DNA of 36,478 nucleotides from a virus: IMG/VR virus record IMGVR_UViG_3300045988_061221; one strand, 5' to 3'. Shown piece by piece: positions 33,657 to 36,478 of this stretch (position 1 is its first letter; each line of letters starts with the position of its first letter). The notes under the pieces were generated by a model. It saw only the letters and a program-made list of their open reading frames with translations, ran no database searches and was not told where the DNA came from. The position numbers and the translations under genes were made by a program.

Positions 33657-33900
33657 TTTGTGTCGTTCCTTTCATTGGGTTTGAACCGAGAATATAATTG
33701 AGAAACGGTATTCTCGGAATACGGATAGATGTGCCGACTACAATTACATTGAATCCCAATTTTTCGGGTTCGTCCTTTGCCTGTTCACGCAAGTTTTGCG
33801 GAGCAACTCCAATAGCCTTTGCGGCATCCTCAGAAAGCAAATAGACATCACTGCTATCCATAATTTCTTTGATTTTTTTGTTCATCTGAACTGTGTCCAT
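33646..33900 (-). CDS. Small DNA-binding-like protein (possible excisionase/HTH)
   Basis: AAKAIGVAPQNLR...SIRIPRIPFLNYI resembles excisionase-type HTH proteins. The match is weak. Confidence 0.35.
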   Translation of the reverse strand: MDTVQMNKKIKEIMDSSDVYLLSEDAAKAIGVAPQNLREQAKDEPEKLGFNVIVVGTSIRIPRIPFLNYILGSNPMKGTTQNGI

Positions 33901-33912
33901 ATGTACACCTCC

Positions 33913-34104
33913 TTAATTTTCGTTGGTAATTTTGTCTGAAACGATTTCGACTGATTCAACATCAGCTACGCTGAGAGCCAGTTTGAGCAGTACAACCTCG
34001 CTGACCGTTCGTGTTATCTGATAGCTTGTAACATACGGAATTTCTGTTCCGTCAATTTCAAGAAGGAACTTGTCCTTTGTGTCAATAAGTTTAAGTTTTG
34101 CCAT
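33913..34104 (-). CDS. Hypothetical protein (63 aa)
   Basis: Packed ORF. Confidence 0.45.
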   Translation of the reverse strand: MAKLKLIDTKDKFLLEIDGTEIPYVTSYQITRTVSEVVLLKLALSVADVESVEIVSDKITNEN

Positions 34105-34108
34105 TTTC

Positions 34109-34318
34109 TCACCTGCTTTCTGTTTTACCTATCTTGATTTCTACACCCAAAGCCGTTAAGAGCCTGTCGGCATTTTCAAGAGATATGCTCTTTTTGCCTT
34201 TTTCCCAATACTGAATAGCTCTTTTAGTAAAGCCCGATTTCTTAGCAAGCTCACTTTGCGAAAAGCCTTTCTGTTTTCTGCTTTTGAGCAATATTTCAGC
34301 AAATTCATTGATGTGCAT
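34109..34318 (-). CDS. XRE-family HTH regulator (69 aa)
   Basis: KGFSQSELAKKSGFTKRAIQYWEKG is a classic HTH_3 motif. ATG-34318 follows GGTGA. Confidence 0.8.
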   Translation of the reverse strand: MHINEFAEILLKSRKQKGFSQSELAKKSGFTKRAIQYWEKGKKSISLENADRLLTALGVEIKIGKTESR

Positions 34319-34396
34319 TGATTTCACCAACTTTCTATGATATACTATATGTAGTGATGAACGGCAATTCATTACACTATATAATGAAAGGGGTCT

Positions 34397-35086
34397 TTGC
34401 TTATCAAAAAGGCAATTTATAACTGCGAATCATTGAACGATAACTTTAGTAAGAAAAATCTTGAAATCGAATATCCGTCAGTCTGTCCTATGTGTCACAA
34501 ATCTGGCGACCCCTCGTATTTAAGCTCCTACTATATTGACGATGAACATACTTATCCAAATCTTTTCGTTCATTTCTTCTGTCACAATTGTGAAAAGACC
34601 TTTTTAGGTAATTATCATATAGGTCCTTATCACGGTTTAACTGAACTTATGGGCTTCGAACCTATTTCTAGAGTAGAAGAACGAGAGTTTCCTAAACACA
34701 TAAAAGACTTATCCCCTGATTTTTGTAACATTTACAATCAGGCTTATGCTTCCGAACAGTACGAATTAAAAGATATTTCAGGTATGGCTTACAGAAAAGC
34801 CTTAGAGTTCTTAGTAAAGGATTACGCAATAATGTTACAGCCGAACAATAAAGATAATATCGTTAAAGCACCATTATCAAGATGTATCAATGATTACATT
34901 GATAACAACAGAATCAAAAAATTAGCAGTAGCCTCTGCTTGGCTTGGTAATGATGAAACACATTACGAAAGAAAATTCAAAGATTATAATATTGATAACT
35001 TAGTCGAATTTATAAACGCTATTGTTTCTTTCATAGATTCTGATATATCCGCTGTCAATGCAGAAAGAATGATAGAAGGTAACTAA
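34397..35086 (+). CDS. Zinc-finger + DUF4145-like protein (opposite-strand accessory gene)
   Basis: CPMC...CHNC zinc ribbon. The C-terminal half (YNQAYASE...AYRKALEFLVKDY...AWLGNDETHYE) matches the DUF4145 pattern. TTG start with a short SD spacing, so the start is uncertain. Confidence 0.65.
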   Translation: MLIKKAIYNCESLNDNFSKKNLEIEYPSVCPMCHKSGDPSYLSSYYIDDEHTYPNLFVHFFCHNCEKTFLGNYHIGPYHGLTELMGFEPISRVEEREFPKHIKDLSPDFCNIYNQAYASEQYELKDISGMAYRKALEFLVKDYAIMLQPNNKDNIVKAPLSRCINDYIDNNRIKKLAVASAWLGNDETHYERKFKDYNIDNLVEFINAIVSFIDSDISAVNAERMIEGN

Positions 35087-35268
35087 TTATCCTTATCTGT
35101 TGAGAACTTAAAACTAAAATTGAAGAATTCAAGCTGATTGATTGTATCCTGCAATTCGTCAGCTTGTTTTTTTGCCTTTTTTATAAGGCTTTCAAACTCC
35201 TGCAAATTTGTAGCCGATATATTAAGCACTCCTTCATTTGAATAGTTGCCTATCATTTTATTTTTCAT
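35083..35268 (-). CDS. Hypothetical protein (61 aa)
   Basis: ATG-35268 follows AGAGGTGA. Its stop converges on the DUF4145 gene stop. Confidence 0.45.
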   Translation of the reverse strand: MKNKMIGNYSNEGVLNISATNLQEFESLIKKAKKQADELQDTINQLEFFNFSFKFSTDKDN

Positions 35269-35331
35269 TTCTTCACCTCTTTTAAGCAAAGTCCGTTTAA
35301 TAGGACTGCGATTGTGGTATTATTGATTGTG

Positions 35332-35360
35332 TTGCAAATATCTTTTGCAAATGTTGTAAT
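35332..35360 (+). promoter_or_regulatory. Candidate promoter TTGCAA-17-TGTAAT for the membrane-protein gene
   Basis: -35 at 35332-35337 and -10 at 35355-35360. A second TTGCAA lies in the spacer at 35345-35350. Confidence 0.4.
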
Positions 35361-35380
35361 CGAGCAAAGGAGCTGATTAT

Positions 35381-35941
35381 ATGTGGGTAATAATTAGTGG
35401 TATTTTAGGCATTGCAGGCTTTTTAATATCTTTAATAAACCTGATTAACTATTTTGTTTCGCACAAAGTGAATTTGGAAATCACAATGCTTGAATACGCA
35501 TACAAATTAGGCGTGCAGGGAAAGAAAAGACTTTTCATTCATTATAAACTTAACAATAAATCGCAACTGCCTATTTCTGTTACCGACATTCAATTAGTTC
35601 TGAACGGCATAGAGTACACCGAAGATTACAACACCCACGAAGTTAATTCTTATCATCACAAGGCAAAAGGTGTTGATGAGTATGTTCCGACATACAATGA
35701 ACATCTGCCTATCAATCTTGAGTGCCTACATTCTCATTCGGGTTACCTCGTTTTTGTAATTCCTGAAGATAATTCTCCAAATCTCGATAAAGGTCTGACT
35801 TTTCAAATTCGCACCAATCGGAATAAGGAAGTACAAAAGAAAGTGTCATTGAATGAGGTGGTAACGCTCCGCTCCACTCTACCTTATCAAAAGTATAAAA
35901 ATCTTTTTCTAAAGGATAAGGCGGAACATAAGGTGCACTGA
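35381..35941 (+). CDS. N-terminally membrane-anchored beta-rich protein (opposite-strand accessory gene; superinfection-exclusion candidate)
   Basis: ATG lies 8 nt after AAAGGAG. TM segment VIISGILGIAGFLISLINLI. It fills a 443-nt stretch with no minus-strand ORF. Confidence 0.65.
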   Translation: MWVIISGILGIAGFLISLINLINYFVSHKVNLEITMLEYAYKLGVQGKKRLFIHYKLNNKSQLPISVTDIQLVLNGIEYTEDYNTHEVNSYHHKAKGVDEYVPTYNEHLPINLECLHSHSGYLVFVIPEDNSPNLDKGLTFQIRTNRNKEVQKKVSLNEVVTLRSTLPYQKYKNLFLKDKAEHKVH

Positions 35942-35999
35942 CAGTCTTGTTGACTGTTGGTGCTTTTTCTATGTTGAATAAATTATTAAAAAATCCCAT
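35712..35999 (-). CDS. Hypothetical 95-aa protein overlapping the 3' end of 35381-35941
   Basis: ATG lies 7 nt after AAGGGGG. The last 230 nt are antisense to the plus-strand gene, so one of the two may be a shadow ORF. Confidence 0.4.
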   Translation of the reverse strand: MGFFNNLFNIEKAPTVNKTVSAPYVPPYPLEKDFYTFDKVEWSGALPPHSMTLSFVLPYSDWCEFEKSDLYRDLENYLQELQKRGNPNENVGTQD

Positions 36000-36022
36000 T
36001 TTCTCACCCCCTTAATATAATA

Positions 36023-36038
36023 GTTGCATTTATGCGAC
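36023..36038. promoter_or_regulatory. Operator-like palindrome copy 1
   Basis: GTTGCA-ttta-TGCGAC. Confidence 0.5.
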
Positions 36039-36248
36039 AAACTGACTAAAAAAAATAGCCTGTGCCTCATCACCTGTTAATCCGAGAATTTGTGTGATAG
36101 CGTCTGCCTGCTTAATGGTAAAATCCTCACCACCGTTAGAAAGTTTACGATACATCGTACTTTTGTCGATACCGATACTTTCAGCAACCTTTTCAGGGGT
36201 TAATCTTTTCTCCTTGATAGCCCCTTTCAGCTTATCAACATTAGTCAA
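36030..36248 (-). CDS. Cro-like XRE-family HTH regulator
   Basis: LTPEKVAESIGIDKSTMYRKLSNG is an HTH motif. The likely start is TTG-36248, 8 nt after GGAGG. The track start GTG-36257 abuts the SD. Confidence 0.8.
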   Translation of the reverse strand: MTNVDKLKGAIKEKRLTPEKVAESIGIDKSTMYRKLSNGGEDFTIKQADAITQILGLTGDEAQAIFFSQFVA

Positions 36249-36273
36249 TTTTATCACCTCCAGTTTTTATTGT

Positions 36274-36289
36274 GTTGCATTTCTGCGAC
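36274..36289. promoter_or_regulatory. Operator-like palindrome copy 2
   Basis: GTTGCA-tttc-TGCGAC, just downstream of the -10 of the cro-like promoter. Confidence 0.55.
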
Positions 36290-36295
36290 AACTAT

Positions 36296-36324
36296 ATGAT
36301 ACCACCCTTGTAAGTTATTGTCAA
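36296..36324 (-). promoter_or_regulatory. Early promoter TTGACA-17-TATCAT for the cro-like operon
   Basis: The -35 is the reverse complement of 36319-36324 and the -10 that of 36296-36301. Confidence 0.6.
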
Positions 36325-36331
36325 TATATTT

Positions 36332-36347
36332 TTCGCATTTTTGCAAA
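36332..36347. promoter_or_regulatory. Operator-like palindrome copy 3 (degenerate)
   Basis: TTCGCA-tttt-TGCAAA, located between the two divergent -35 elements. Confidence 0.45.
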
Positions 36348-36372
36348 ATTATTTTTATTTTTTCAAAAAGTA

Positions 36373-36388
36373 GTTGCATTTTTGCAAC
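36373..36388. promoter_or_regulatory. Operator-like palindrome copy 4 (perfect)
   Basis: GTTGCA-tttt-TGCAAC. It overlaps the -35 of the plus-strand promoter. Confidence 0.55.
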
Positions 36389-36402
36389 CGTTATGTTATA
36401 AT
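36374..36402 (+). promoter_or_regulatory. Plus-strand promoter TTGCAT-17-TGtTATAAT (P_RM-like; reads across the junction toward the mini-ORF and cI)
   Basis: -35 at 36374-36379 and an extended -10 at 36394-36402. Confidence 0.55.
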
Positions 36403-36423
36403 ACTGTACAGTAAAGGAACGGT

Positions 36424-36478
36424 GGCGGCTGTTTCGACTCCCTTGAGAAAGGGGGTGATTGCGTGGAATACATAGCTG
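36424..36478. repeat. Terminal direct repeat, right copy
   Basis: Identical to nt 1-55. Most simply a circular-assembly overlap. Confidence 0.95.

Larger units (their letters stand above)
1..36478. mobile_element. Complete temperate tailed-phage (siphovirus-type) genome, circularly closed; 36,423 bp unique
   Basis: All modules are present: lysogeny, lysis, tail, head, packaging, late regulator, replication/recombination and early genes. Terminal 55 nt are identical at both ends. Confidence 0.85.

Overview
The window is a complete, circularly closed genome of a temperate siphovirus-type phage. The first and last 55 nt are identical, leaving 36,423 bp unique. AGGAGG-type SDs and sigma-A-like promoters suggest a low-GC Gram-positive (Clostridia-like) host; this is inference. 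Almost all genes are on the minus strand. Read in the minus direction from the right end they run: Cro-like early operon (36.2 kb), recombination/replication module (PAPS-reductase-like, SMC-like ATPase, AAA_24 ATPase, DUF669, SF2 helicase, primase-helicase, iteron origin, RusA), DUF1492-type late regulator, DUF4417, TerS/TerL, portal, MuF, scaffold, capsid, head-tail connectors, major tail, G/T chaperones, tape measure, distal tail genes, holin and amidase endolysin. Plus-strand genes are the lysogeny and accessory set: an S24/LexA-like CI repressor, a Fic AMPylase, a tyrosine integrase with an attP-like region, a zinc-finger DUF4145 protein and a membrane protein. The most notable unexplained items are listed here. 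(1) Two promoter-plus-terminator-defined minus-strand small RNAs, each ending at the stop codon of a plus-strand toxin-like gene (a 20-aa hydrophobic mini-ORF in the cI leader, and Fic). (2) Opposite-strand accessory genes embedded in the early operon. (3) A self-contained zinc-ribbon membrane-protein moron between the tail chaperones and tape measure. (4) A MuF protein with a C-terminal HExxH domain. (5) A consensus promoter followed by a leader terminator at the head of the late operon. No sequence searches could be run, so all family assignments rest on motifs recognised by eye.
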